64,000 nucleotides of DNA from Rhizaria sp. SCN 62-66 (lineage: Eukaryota), in the NCBI GenBank assembly GCA_001724265.1, contig MEDY01000115.1:1-64000 (forward strand), written 5' to 3'. Shown one piece after another: positions 10,038-22,774 of the stretch (positions within the stretch are counted from its first letter, which is position 1; each line of letters starts with the position of its first letter). The position numbers and the translations under genes are program-made. The notes under the pieces were generated by a model. That model was not told the origin of the DNA and searched no databases. It was given only the letters and a program-made list of their open reading frames with translations.

Positions 10038-13000
10038 ATGTCTCACCACAACAAGCACCACCAAAACCAGCAGCTCTCTCAGAACACCAAGTCACACCAG
10101 AAGCAGCAGCCACAGCAACAACAACAGGGTAAAGGCCAGAAACAGGGCAAGCAAGGCGGCGCTGCCAGCAGTCCCGGCAGTCGCTTCTGCGTTCTGGACA
10201 CCAGCAGCAGCGAAGGCGAAGACGAAGAGAACGACGACGACGACGACAACGACGACGGCGGCAACGTTAACAACAACGCTAGCAGTGGCAAGACTGCTAA
10301 CCGCAACTCAAAGTATCAGCCGCGGCTAATCGACGTCACTGTCACTCCTGACTCCGACGACAACAGCTCGATGCTTCGCAACACGTCAGCTCTTACGGCG
10401 TCAAAGCTTCTCTCCCAGCTCACTCTCTCAACGGGCGTTGCGCTCGCGACAAGCTCCGGCTCCTCTACAGCCAGCTCTAGCTCCAGCTCTGGATTGAGCG
10501 GTGGCCACAGCGCGGGGGCGGATGTTCTGAACGCAGCGCTGCCAGAAGTGGAGCTCTCGACCGTGGCCTGGGTAGCTCGTCGGCAGCGGCAACAGCAGAC
10601 GCTTTCGCTCGACTCGCGGCCCGAGCTCCAGCGCGCCGGCGTTTCTGCCGCAGCCGTCGCGGCGACAATCTCGGGTAAAATCCCGCAGAAGGAACTCCCT
10701 GTGAACGCGCTGGCGGCGGTGTGTCATGATATCGTGCTTGTTGACTTTGAGTGCACATGCGAAGCCGGGCGTAACCCTGGTTTTGCGTATGAAATCATCG
10801 AGTTCCCCGCTATCCTGATCGACGCGCGCACGTTACTTATTAAAGACGTGTTTCACACGTACATCAAGCCCTCTGAACGGCCTCAGCTGTCAGAGTTCTG
10901 CCGTGAACTAACCGGTATCACCCAAGACGTGGTCGACGCTGCGCCTGAGTTCCCCAGCGCTATGGCCGCGTTCTCCCTCTGGCTCGACAAGTGGGGGCTG
11001 AGCTTCCCTGCCCTGACGGCGCAAGCGGCCTCGCAGCCCCCCGTCCCTCCCCCCGGTTCCGCCGCCGCCGCCGCCGCTGCCGCTGCGGCTGCGGCCGGCG
11101 TACACATGACTGGCAAGAAAGCTCTTGCTTCAGTCAGCGCTGCTATGAGCAGTGGCGGCAAAGCGCGGCGCCTCGCGGCTGCGGAGGCGGAGGCAGAGGC
11201 GGAGGCGGAAGACCCGGCGTGGGTTGTGAGGCGTACGCCCTTGCATTCGCTGCTCTCCCCCTTGGTTGGCATCCCTCCAACCTCCACAACTTCCACAGCC
11301 TCAACAGCCTCAGCCTCAACAACAGCATCAGGACAGCACAATAAGCACTATGGGACGCATGTCGTGCATCCGTTGAACGCGCCGGTTCCTCCGCTGTTCG
11401 CGACAGTGAGTGGCCACCTGCTTTCGCCGGCATTGCAGCATCACCAGCAGCCGCTTGAGAAGGAGAAGGAGAAGGAGCTTGGACTCGAGATTCCCCAACC
11501 GGTTTCAAGGTACGTACGCTTTAAATTTTCTCTAAACCAAATATTTTTTTAAATCTTTATTGTATTCGTTTTATTATTTAAGTTATGTTTTATATTATGC
11601 CGTATTTTCTGCTTCTTCATCATCTTCCTCACGTTTTGCTTGTGTATGTTTTACCTTTTTAGGCGTCGTGCGATTTTCGCGTGCCACGGCCCCGCCGACG
11701 TGGGCGCTTTTCTCGCCCGCGAAGCCAGCCGCAAGGGCGTTGACCTGCGCTGGGCTCTGCGCACTGGTCTGCCCGGCAAGCCGATCGCAGCTCAGCCGGC
11801 AGTATCAACGCCGTCGCCGGTCAATACGAGCTCTCCTGCGGCGGCTGCGTTCAGTCCTCGTAACGGAACTGCGAAGTCGCGGAAGACCGGTAAGACGAGT
11901 TTCACCTGCCCTCCGCTTGACGACGACAAGAGCTCAACTACTACTACTACTACTACAGGCGATAAAGACGATAGTGCAAACAACAGCGCTATCAACGCCA
12001 GCGCGAGTGCGAGTGGAGCAGCTGGAAGCGCGCGTGTGGATAGCAACACCAGCGCAAGCGCGAGTGATACAGCGTGCGCAAGCGCAACAACCAGCAGTGC
12101 GACTGTGGACAACGACGCAAGCGCAAACACGGGCTTAAACGCGAATGAGAACACGGAGGTCAACTCATGCAGCAACAGCAACAGCAGCGCGCCTGCGCCT
12201 GCGCCTGCGAGAGTGAGTGCGAACGACGCTAGCAAGGCAGTTCATAAAGGCAAGTCAACCCACGTCTCTGCCGCCAAGGCTGCCGCACACATTAAGGGTG
12301 TGCCCGCGACCGGAAAGGGCGCGCCTGCATCTGCCTCAACGCCGCCGCCGAAGCTCTTCAGCTCCGGCAACGGTTTGCCAGGTTCACGCCGTGCCGCGGT
12401 CACCTCAGTGGCGAAGAAGCTCACCAACCTCGCGTCACAATACCCACCGGAGACTGTGCTAATGCCGTATATTGATATCCGGTACTCGTTTGCGTTGATG
12501 GCGCGCGCACTGAGGGCGCAGAAGAAGCTTGCTACGGGGGCGTATTCGTATACGGTGAATAATATGCTTGCGATGCTTGGGTTTTCGTTCATTGGGCGCC
12601 AACATGAGTACGTACTCAAAACATGACATCTCTCGATAATCATTGATATTCCGCATATATATTACTTTACGATCTGATCATGATAATGACTTATTTGTCG
12701 CGCCTTTTAGTGCGATGCTTACGTATTTTGTCTCATCTTACTTCTCACTTTGTTGATATCAACGCTGTTTTGTCTCTTATCAGTGGCATGGCGGACACAC
12801 TGAACATTGCCCGCGTGTTCACAGCAATGGCACAGACAGAGCATTACCCGTTTCCCAACGATATGTTCTCGTTTGATCCCGTGGAGGAAGCCACTGAGGA
12901 GACTCCTGCAAACAACAACAGCAACAACAATAGCAACAGCAGCAGCAACAACAACAATAACGATGACAGCGCTGGAATCTCGGCGAGTCTAGCTGATAAT

Positions 13001-13078
13001 GGGTCAACGGACAGTGAGGTTGCGTTTGCAGCTGCGAACCCTGTCACCGACAACGAACAGCAGCAAAAGAAAGCTTAA
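10038..13078 (+). CDS. ERI1/ERI2/ERI3-family DEDDh 3'-5' exoribonuclease, 903 aa; exons 10038-11509, 11663-12607, 12784-13078
   Basis: ExoI VDFECTC and EIIEFP; FHTYIKPSERPQLSEFCRELTGITQDVVD; ExoII CHGPAD; YIDIR; ExoIII FIGRQHDGMADTLNIARV (H-x4-D), formed across the second intron. TAA stop. Confidence 0.9.
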
Positions 13079-13644
13079 CAAAAGCGCAGTAATCACTACA
13101 GCTGGCTGATTGCCGCGAACTGTTGTTGGCTTGGAACAACATTTATTTATATGAGGCGGTCGTTTTTTAGAGTTGGGTGTGAGGTAATTTTAGTAATAAG
13201 CTTCTTGCTTGAGTATGAGACATCTGTATCTCAATCCATACATCATGATATAATAATTGAACTTGTTGGAACCATGGCCACTTTTGTTTTGTGTTGGATC
13301 TGTTTCAAAGAGTCAATGAGATTCATAAGCGTGAATACCTACAGTTCCGTGTCCGTCAATTGGAGTGCAGGGTTTTGCAGAAACTTAATGGAACTATTCC
13401 TATATTACCCCTTATTTATATGTCTACAATAGATCATTTTCACCACTTCCACCGCTTTCCTTCGGCACACGAATTCGTGACAGCTCGTCGACTTCAAACT
13501 GATATCTCATCCTCCCACACGTCTCTTCAAACTTTGAACCGAACAGGTGTCGGCTGAGCCGGCTTAACAATACCCAAGCTGGCTTAACGCATTGTCCATT
13601 CTTCAAACCATAACTAGTTGCCTGACTTCTGAGGTAGGACCACG

Positions 13645-16449
13645 ATGGCGTCCAGCGACAATGGTGTAGAGTTTTACTCTCGCTGGAACCTCGCCATTGC
13701 ACCCATCATGGCGCTTTCAACCGAGCTGTCGGACGTCAGGGCGCTTTACGTCTTTACGAGCTGGTACCCCGCGGACTGCCACATGCTAATGCGCGAAAAC
13801 GACATCGTAACTCTCCTCCTAAAGTCGCTTGGCTGTCTCACGAACGCCGAGGAGTGGCAGCGATTTGAGATCATCTTGCGTCTCTGCCACCGCAAAGATC
13901 GCGACACTCTGAAAAAAGACTATGCCTTCAGCAATATCATTGTTGAAACACTGTCTGCGTTGCTTACACGCATCCCGTCATCTTATCTTGCCCGCGAAAC
14001 GATCTTTCTCATCAGCGATCACACCTAGTCACCGCAACTCCTCCCGGAGGTTCGGCAAACAGCACTCGCGCATCTGATCGCATATTTATGCAACCCACGA
14101 CTGCAGGAGCTGCGGTGTCCGGCGCTGGACAACGAGCCGGTGGTTGACCGCGGCCACGTAACGCATGATGTATATGATGAATGGGAAACCTCTGCCCGCG
14201 TGTGTGCCGCTGCCATTGATCTCTGCACCGCCAACGAGCCTCTGCCATACTCTGCTGTGGCATGCTATATCCCACTGCTGTGCAATGAGTCGCAGCAATA
14301 TATTTCCAGTGTTTGGCACAAGCTTAGGGTTGGTGGCGCCTTCCGCAAACTTGTCACCACCATGTTTCAATGCGGAATCAACCGTACATGTAATGATCAC
14401 ACAAGCACTATAAACAGGAGCACAATGAGTAACGACGTCGTTGCTGCGCAACGTGATGTCATAACGTTTGCAACCCAAATTTTGTTCGAGCCCAAGCAAT
14501 GTTTGCATGATGACGACTCGTTTCAGACTCTGCAGTTTTTTGCGGCTTCTCTTGATGACGCATCACTTAAGCGTATCTTTACAGCAGAGTTTATGGCGGA
14601 GATTGTGGAGTCCCCCTCAGCACTCGTTCGCTTGCGGCTGCACAAACTTGAAGAGCACACTGCGCGCAAAGCTCGGTTTGAGCGGCAGTTGAATGAGCTG
14701 CAATTGGAGCTTCAGTAGACTGAAATGGGGCTGCTAGGTCGGCAACTGTTTCAACTGATGCATCAGAATCGTCGGGTGTATTCAATAATGGAGCAGCAGC
14801 AGTGGAGTGAGAATACTCGAGCGAGCGAGCGCGACATGGCCCAGCTACAACGGTGGGGGCACGAACCGTTTAACTCTCGCAACCCCTACCCAGAGACGCC
14901 AGTTGAGTACATGCCCCATCTGTTACACCGGGCTCAATTGCTCGAGACGCTTACGACACGTCTTCCATATCTTGGCCAAAACCTCTTTACAGGACAAGGC
15001 TTTTCTAACATGTTGAAGAATGCTATTGAAGCTCTTTCACGGAGCACAGAGAAGGAAACCGGTCGCTGTGACAATGAGAGCGCTAGCAAGCTTGTTCACA
15101 GCATTGCTCACATTTTTGATCGCGCGCTCAGCGCATCGGCAAACCCAGTCGTCACAGCGCAACAGCTTTTTGACAGCGGCGTCCTCCATTACTGCTGTTA
15201 TGTCCTCAGGAATATTGTTTTAGATCAGAGTACTAAAATCGCACACGATTCGAAGCCCGATAGAATGCTTGCCGAATCTGTCACATTTATGCTACGCACA
15301 TTGCACAACATGATTAAATGCAATGCCGCTACACCCGGCTTGGCATCGCCTGAGCATGATGCGCAACCGCAGGGTTTACCTGTGGCAGAGTTCATCGATG
15401 AACACGGCGTGGATCTACTTAAACTACTACGCTACACACCCACCGCGCTTTACGACGATAGCCCAGCACGGCAGGAGCTGAGCGAACTCTGTGCTTTGCT
15501 GCGGCAGATGCACGTCATTTCACGCGATGAGTTTGAACCAACGAACGAATAGGTGCAGCAAACTGTCACTGATGTGTGCCAGTTTTTGAACCACTGCGGT
15601 TCATGGGACACCGTTTTTGAGTAGTACAACGCACAGGTAATCCGTGCGAGCATTGTGAAGCCGCAGAGATGGTTTTGGTTTTTCTCAAAGCCTGCTGTAG
15701 TGCCACGGGCTTCTATACCTCCGACACCCGCCGCGCTCGCGGTGATACAAGGCTGGTCACGTGCTAACGTTGTTGGAGCTATGAACGATTCCGTATACTC
15801 CCATCATATGACGTCTGATATTTTGTTAAACATGTTTTTTCCTGTCCAGGACTACTGGAATGGCCACTCTTACAACGTGCGGATCCGGCTTGACGATTCA
15901 AACCTCCCAAGCCACACCGTTGATTTCCGTCTTGCACTTGCGAATGATAAGAATACGTTTTTTCTTCACCGTTGCTTTCTGCCACCCGGACAGTCTGCGT
16001 CAAAGCTGCCCGTTGTCACACTGTTTCGGTGGAATAAAGAGGAGCCTTGCGCTACAGCGCCGTTGGTGCTGCCCCAGACCGATCTCGTTTATGGCGAGTA
16101 CACTGCGCCCGCTGCCAGCGCGAGCATCACGTATCCCGCTGGCACCGTGTTGGCTTACCCACGCACGACTGTGTTTCCGACGAAGGTCAAATATACCAGG
16201 CCGCTTTTCTTTATCGTATATAAGCCGTGTGCGGCAAGCGTGATGCGCGGTGCTGTCCCTATTGGCCGCGTGATGTCGTGCGTCGCTGTAAGGGATGATG
16301 CAACGCCACCGCGCGACAGTGGGAATGAGCCCTTTGATGCGTTGGTGTTGCAGAAGTTTGAGGAACGACTCAACTCACGAGGCCGCTGCTGCTGTAAGAA
16401 CGAGCCCAACCACGCGCGAGTCCAGTTCTTGTCGTTCACTTCAAAATGA
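13645..16449 (+). CDS. Intronless 934-aa hypothetical protein (helical/ARM-like N-half, short coiled coil) containing four in-frame TAG codons read as sense
   Basis: Track ORFs at 13645, 14140, 14725 and 15655 are all in one frame. The only interruptions are TAG at 14026, 14716, 15550 and 15622, and the linkers are open. First non-TAG stop is TGA at 16447. Alternative reading: recent pseudogene. Confidence 0.65.
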
Positions 16450-17019
16450 ACTTGTAACGCTGCAACAAGCGATCGTCCTTAGTCCTCTGCGAAACAGAGT
16501 TTGCCGTTTACTGCAATTTAGTGTGGGCATTCAAACAACACTAAGAAGTATCAAAGGCGACGGTGTGTTTGTATGCCACTCGAGCTTCCCCATCTGACCC
16601 GGTCTTTTGGCGAATATGCGTCCCCTCCTGCCGGTGCTGGTGTGATGTTTCCTGTAGGCACAGTGTTGATATGCCCTCGTATCTCTGTTTCGCCGGGCTG
16701 CGACTCGAGGTCCGGGTGGGGTCGTCCTCTGTTCATTGCAAGTTTGATGAAGGCTGCCATTCCTGTTGGTCACTTAGAATCATGTGTGGCCGGTGCAGTT
16801 GCGGCAACACACGACGGCGGGGAAATGCCATTTGATGTGAAGTCATTGAAAGAGCTTTGTAGCACCAAGACACAGATCTGTAAAGAGTCTGTCACGAAAA
16901 TTTCCAAGTGACTAGACTGACTTCTTCTTGCTCAAGTGTCAGGTCGACATTCGTTAATACGAAGGCAGTTTCATGTGAGGATTAAATTTGTACAGTTAAC
17001 ACCAATTAAAATACAGCGA

Positions 17020-17057
17020 AGTCAGTAATATAATTCCCGGGAATTATATTACTGACT
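17020..17057. repeat. Perfect 38-bp palindrome
   Basis: AGTCAGTAATATAATTCCC|GGGAATTATATTACTGACT is its own reverse complement, with no spacer. Confidence 0.95.
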
Positions 17058-17870
17058 GCGAAGTTATCGAATCTCATTCATTTGCATTATCCATAGCAAC
17101 ACGACCAACAATATGTTTTTATAAAACGCACTTCATCAATAAGCTAATTTCGACAACTCGTGCGATCACAAACTACGCGATACACTGAATGTTGCACATG
17201 TCGCCGAGATGAGTGATTTCATTCAGGCACATCCACCGACAAGCCCTTAAGCAGTGCGCATAGCTGAGTCAGCTCCTGCCACGCATGATATCGGTCGCCG
17301 GTCTTCTTCTTTTGTTCCATCTTATTCGAGTGACAAAGCGTGGAAATCACGATTGAGCCGTCGCTTCCAAAAAAGTGATCAAGAAACCGACACGCTGACT
17401 GTTGTGCGGAGCTGGGAGGCATTGAGGAGCTCTCAGTCGCAATGGAGGTCTCCACGTCAGCGCGGATATGACTCATGCTTGAGCTGAGAGAGGCAATCGG
17501 GGCCAACGCCAGCGCGATGGCGGCGCTTGCCGTCCATGACAGAATCGTAGTTATATGACATATTCGTTACAGGCAGGTGACTTAACCAGCATCAATAAAA
17601 CTAGGCAGACAGATGTGTGCCACGAAAGATGGTACGAGGGAGGCGAAGATTATCTGGTGACATGAGGGCAAGACCCGATTGAAGCTTAGAGCCGTTACGA
17701 AAACGCCGATCGGAAACAGGTTCTACAAGAACAAATTGATCGTCAAATGAGATGTCTATGCAACCATGTGATAAAGTCAATGTTCAAAACAATAAATCTA
17801 AAATTAAATTGGACTATTCATTCGTTTGACGCTCACAGTACTATCACCCAATTTTGCTCTCCTCCAGTCG

Positions 17871-18379
17871 ATGGCCGAGGTTGGCTCCGAGCGTCTCGCG
17901 ACGATCAAGTCGGCTGATATGTCACTTGACATGCAACAGGACGCAGTCGACTGCGCAAACGCTGCGTTGGTACGTCTTATTTCGCGCTTGCTTTGTTCAT
18001 GCCCTCTTACCCTGGCCCTTTAGTCGACTTCACTAACCCGCTCTCTGTGTTTCTGGTTGTTTCTTGCCTTGCGTAGCTTAAGTATGACGACGAGAGCGAT
18101 GTCGCTGCATACATCAAAAAGGAGTTTGACAAGAAGTATCACAACAACTGGCACTGCATTGTACGTCTATTCATATCTCCTTAAACCGTCATGTATACTC
18201 TCAAGTCTACATTTTGTCTCGAGCTGTTCCTCTTCTCACTTCTTAACGACCTTACCCATGCTCTCTCGTAAACGCCTAATCAGGTCGGCCGCGGTTTCGG
18301 CTCATATGTCGCGCACAAGGCACATATGTTTATCTATTTCTTTCTTGGTGAGGTCGCAATCATGCTCTGGAAGTGCTGA
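17871..18379 (+). CDS. Dynein light chain LC8 family, 92 aa; exons 17871-17969, 18077-18160, 18284-18379
   Basis: [84 protein letters not shown] stop. Confidence 0.95.
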
Positions 18380-19254
18380 AAACAGCACACGCTCACGGCT
18401 GACACGCCCCAGTGTGGGCAAAAGAAACATGTCTGATTCTTCACGCTGACATGAGCTGCAACTGCATGATTCAGGTGACTCAACGCGCTGATAATGTTGT
18501 ATACATGGGTTGCCACGTCTATGCATTGTGTATATGCTTTGCTTGCGTGCACTTCCTTGTAGCTACTTTTGCGACACCGGTTTCTCAACTGAGCGCTGCC
18601 GTGACTTGTGTATAAGATCCGACATATGTACGTGAATATGCATCTCAGTCTCCCAAAATTTGCTGTTTTGAGTAGAATTTCTATGTATGTGTCATGATAA
18701 GAGTTCATTTGAAGTAGTAGCACTTGTTTTGATCATGTGTAACGTGCTCAAGACAGACTCAAAGGAGAGCCACCAGGCCACGCAGGATCACAAAATACTG
18801 GATATACCATGGAAACAAACCCCACACGAACCGTTACTTAGATACCCTATGTATAATACATATTCGAATCATATCCCGAGGAGTAGTTATACCATGACCC
18901 AGTTATGTTGAGCTATGTTTTATAATAGTATATATGCTCACGGTCACTATGACATGGCGTGCAAGCCCCTTCACGGGTTTGAAATCGAGCAACACTTCGC
19001 GGACATACCTCTCCCTCAAATCCCCGTCACGCGCACTCGGCCCATTATTATTTCTTGTGGCGTTGCATTTTATGATTATTTTATTTATATGTATGCAAAA
19101 GGATCCACACTGTGTTGTGATTAATGCGATATTCTCGCTGGACGAGAGGTGCCCATCGCACCACTCGTTCGCAACCATGCTCTCTGTTTTCTAGTCTCAC
19201 ACCTGCACTGTAACTCTCTGCTGTCTTATTACTGACTTCTGCCACAGACCCAAG

Positions 19255-22200
19255 ATGCTTCGCATGCGGTCTGTCATGCGCACCTCTGTGCGCCTGCAGA
19301 GCAAAGTGGCTCCTACACTGACCACCCCGTCCAGCTCCCTCTCCAAGCTCGCCTCGTCGCCTCTTGCAGCGTCCCGTGCAAGCTCCCGCTCTGCTGGCGG
19401 CGTCTCCGCGCTGCTCTCCGCCACGAACGTGACTGCGATCCCTCTTGACATTACTCGCGTTGTCACGTTCACCCCTTCCCTCGCCAAGGCTGCTGCTTTC
19501 TCCACCACTGCTGCTGCCCCCGCTGCCGCCGCCGCCGCTGCTCCTGCTGCCGCGAGCCTGGCTCCCCCCGTCGTCGCCGCCGCGGCCGAGGCGCCCAAGG
19601 TTATCGGCTGGCGCAAGCTCGCCCGCGCCTTCGGCGTTCTCTCCCCGTCCCAGCTCCTCAACGACCCCGCCAAGACGGGCTTCAACCGCTGGTCGATCGT
19701 ACCGGCGGCTCTCGCGACCCACATCTCGCTTGGCTCCATCTTCGCGTGGTCGCTGTTCAACCAGCCGCTGATGACCCTGCACGGCGTCGTCGCCCCCGCG
19801 GCCGCTGACTGGGAGCTGGGCTCCGTCATGCCCGTGTTTTCGACGACAATGGCCTGCTTCGGTATCAGCTCCTTCGCGCTTGGTCGCATGGGCGTGTTTG
19901 AGAAGCTCGGCCCCCGCGCCACGGGCCTTATCGGCTCCGCTCTCTTCGGCACGGCGTTCTCCATGGCCGCGATCGCCACGCAGACCCACTCGCTGCCGCT
20001 GCTGTCGGTCGGTTACGGCGTGTTGGCCGGCGTCGCAGTCGGCTCGGCCTACGTCAACCCTATCTCGACTCTGCTCAAGTGGTTCCCTGACCGCAAGGGC
20101 GTCGCCTCCGCCATGGCTGTGATGGGTTTCGGTGGCGGCGGCATGGTTGCAGCGCCCATGATCGAGACGCTGCTTAGCAAGTTCCGCCGTGCGCCCACGT
20201 ACGTCGGCAAGCTCGGCGAAGTCGCCACTGTCAATCAAGACGGTAAGCTGTTCGTCGACATCTCCACGCTGCCCGACGCTATCGCGACTGCGGCAGCGTC
20301 GGCCCCCGGTGTGGGCACTCTGCGTGAGGTTGTTGTCGCCTCCACGTCGTCCCTCGCCAAGATCAGCGCCGAGATGGCCGCCACCCTCCAGGTACGTCGA
20401 TTTTCTTCACATTTCAACAAGCAACATGTGTGTGCTTGGTTTGGTGTTATGAGGGTTTGGTTTCGTTGAGAAACATCCTGGATAAGCTCTGGCCTTTCAT
20501 GTGGTGTGCTAAAATGTAATGCTATGTAAAGGGCGGATATATCAACTTCCAAGTTTAGAAATGTAGTATTCCGATGTAACTCTGCATTCTGCAATATCTT
20601 TATTTGTTTTTTCTTTCAATTCATCTTGATCTCATCAATATATCCATGATTTCTAATATTTTTGCGACTCCACAGGAGGGCCTGTACATCGTCGGCACTG
20701 GCTCCACCGGTCTCCCCGAGACCTTTGCCTGCCTCGGTGCCATCTACTCCACGGCTATTCTTGCCGCCGCGTTCGTCTTCCGCCTCCCTCCTGAGGGCTT
20801 TAACCCCGCTCTGAAGACCCTCGCTGCCGCCACCGCCGCCACCACCCCCGCCCCCGCCGCCGCTGCCGCCGCTGCCGCTGCTGCCCCCGCGGCCCCTGCG
20901 GCGCCCGCTGCTGCGGTTGTGCCCAAGGGCCACGAGTACAAGGCCGTCGGCGGCAACGTCACCCCCGCCCAGACCCTCAAGACCGCGCAGTTCTGGCTCG
21001 TCTGGTCCGGTATGGCGCTCAACTCCGCCGGCGCGTACGCGATTATCGGCGCTGGTAAGACGATGCTGACGGATATCTATGGTGGCGCGTATCCGGCGAT
21101 TGTCACGTCGGCGTTTGCGGCGACGTTTGTGTCGATTATTAGCGCGTTCAACCTCGGCGGCCGTCTCGGCTGGGGTGTCATTGCTGACAGTACGTACTCA
21201 CACAAAACAAAGCATATCTCAGACTGACCGTAGAATGTGGATCTCAAATGTATCGGTGTGATTTACAATGTAGTTTATTGTTGTCAATATTGTTTTTAAC
21301 CACGATTTAGTCATCTTGGTCTCTGGATGCTCACAACATGATCTGTCTCCCTGCTACTTTGCGTGTGACTTGTTGTCCGGTCATCGCTTCCACCGTCATT
21401 GTTTTGTACATGTTGTTTTGCGCCTGATTTGTAGGCATCACCACCCGCAAGACCTTTATGTGGATGTGGGGTCTCGGTATCCCCATGTACCTCGCTATGC
21501 CCGGCTCTGCCCACCTCCTCCAGGTCTGTCACTGCTTCCGCCTTATATTCTACCCCTGCCTATATATTTAAAATTCAAGTTGATATTGCGTGTATCTATC
21601 TATACGTTTAGTTTTAGCCCATAGCTCACATATATTTCCTCGACGTCAACGTATTTTTTTTGGTGTGTATCATTTAGGATATGCTCCCGGCCATCGCTGC
21701 GCTGTCCGACGCTTCGACCGTGGTTGAGCGTGCCGCTGCGTACGCGCCCCTGGTCATGTTCTACTCTTCGGTCATGATTGCCATCTCCACGTTCGGTGGC
21801 TCTGCCGCCGTTTCCCCCGCGTACATGGCTGATCTGTTTGGCAGTAAGTATGTTGGTGCGATTCACGGCCAGCTGTTGTCGTTCCTCGTGCTCTCGGGCT
21901 ACGCGGGTCCTCTTACCTGCACCATCATGCGTGAGGCTTCGCTCCGCGATGCGTACGTTTCACAACATCGAATTCATCTCGAGCATAACTCTCAACTATT
22001 GTGTAGGAACACACTTTTGTATTGATTTCGCCTTAATGACACCGACTCCAATTGCAACTTTGTAAGAATGCTTTGTATTGCAGTGGTAATCTTATATTGT
22101 AAATATGACTCACATCATTGGCTACATGTTTGTTCAACTCGTTTTGTTATTTGTAAAATATAATGTAGTATCTCCAAGCTCGCGTCCGCTGTCGACCCCG

Positions 22201-22774
22201 CCAAGTTCGAGGCTGCCTTCGGCGCTCCTTTGGCCCAGCTTGACCGCCTGATCGAGACCAAGACTGTGACTGTGTCGCGCCTGCTTGAGATTTCGCCCGT
22301 TGGCACTGCGGACCCCACGCCGTTCCTCTACGACAATCTCCTTGTCACCATGGCGTCCCTCCAGGTACGTTTGACAAAACCAATCGCATTTATACCTCAA
22401 AAGCGCGGATATGTACCCAGACAAGACTCAATTTGGTTGATAGTATACCATTGCGTGGATTATGTTTGGTCTCCTGCTTTGTATAAATTACAGCGTCATA
22501 TATTTTCATTTTGGTGGTATGTCTTGTATTTTATGAACTGAATCTAACTTTACTCGTTTTGCGTTATGTTTATTCGTTTGTGTAATTTTAGGTGCTTGCT
22601 TTCGCGGCCTCTCTCGCGATCCGCAAGGTTGACCCCAAGCACTACGAGGCCGCTATCGCCGCTGCCAAGGCCGCCGCTGCCAAGGCGCTGCCTGCTTCTG
22701 CCGGCGCGGCCGCTGCTGCTGCTGGACTGACAGTTGATGTCAAGGGCGAGGTCAAGGGCGAGGAGAAGAAGTAA
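19255..22774 (+). CDS. Major facilitator superfamily transporter, oxalate:formate antiporter (OFA)-like, 797 aa; exons 19255-20391, 20676-21189, 21435-21523, 21678-21952, 22169-22364, 22592-22774
   Basis: NRWSIVPAALATHISLGSIFAWSLFNQPL, EKLGPR, YVNPISTLLKWFPDRKGVASAMAVMGFGGG, LKTAQFWLVW, FNLGGRLGWGVIAD, PAYMADLFGSKYVGAIHGQLL. Five in-phase introns. TAA stop. Confidence 0.92.

Noticed and set aside
13645-16911. Reading the five same-strand intronless ORFs as a prokaryote-like operon or viral/mobile insert
   Set aside because: All are in one frame with open linkers and mostly lack convincing separate starts. No integrase, transposase, RT or capsid motifs were seen. A single TAG-containing gene is more parsimonious.
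16450-16911. Extension of the TAG-containing gene beyond TGA 16447 (same frame, two more TAGs, ORF 16573..16911)
   Set aside because: It would need TGA readthrough or a frameshift, and TGA is a verified stop in several conserved genes here. Left unannotated, but worth checking by RNA-seq.
18934-19194. ORF containing SPFTGLKSS, reminiscent of an RbcS transit peptide
   Set aside because: Short match only, AT-rich upstream DNA, and no RbcS mature domain follows.
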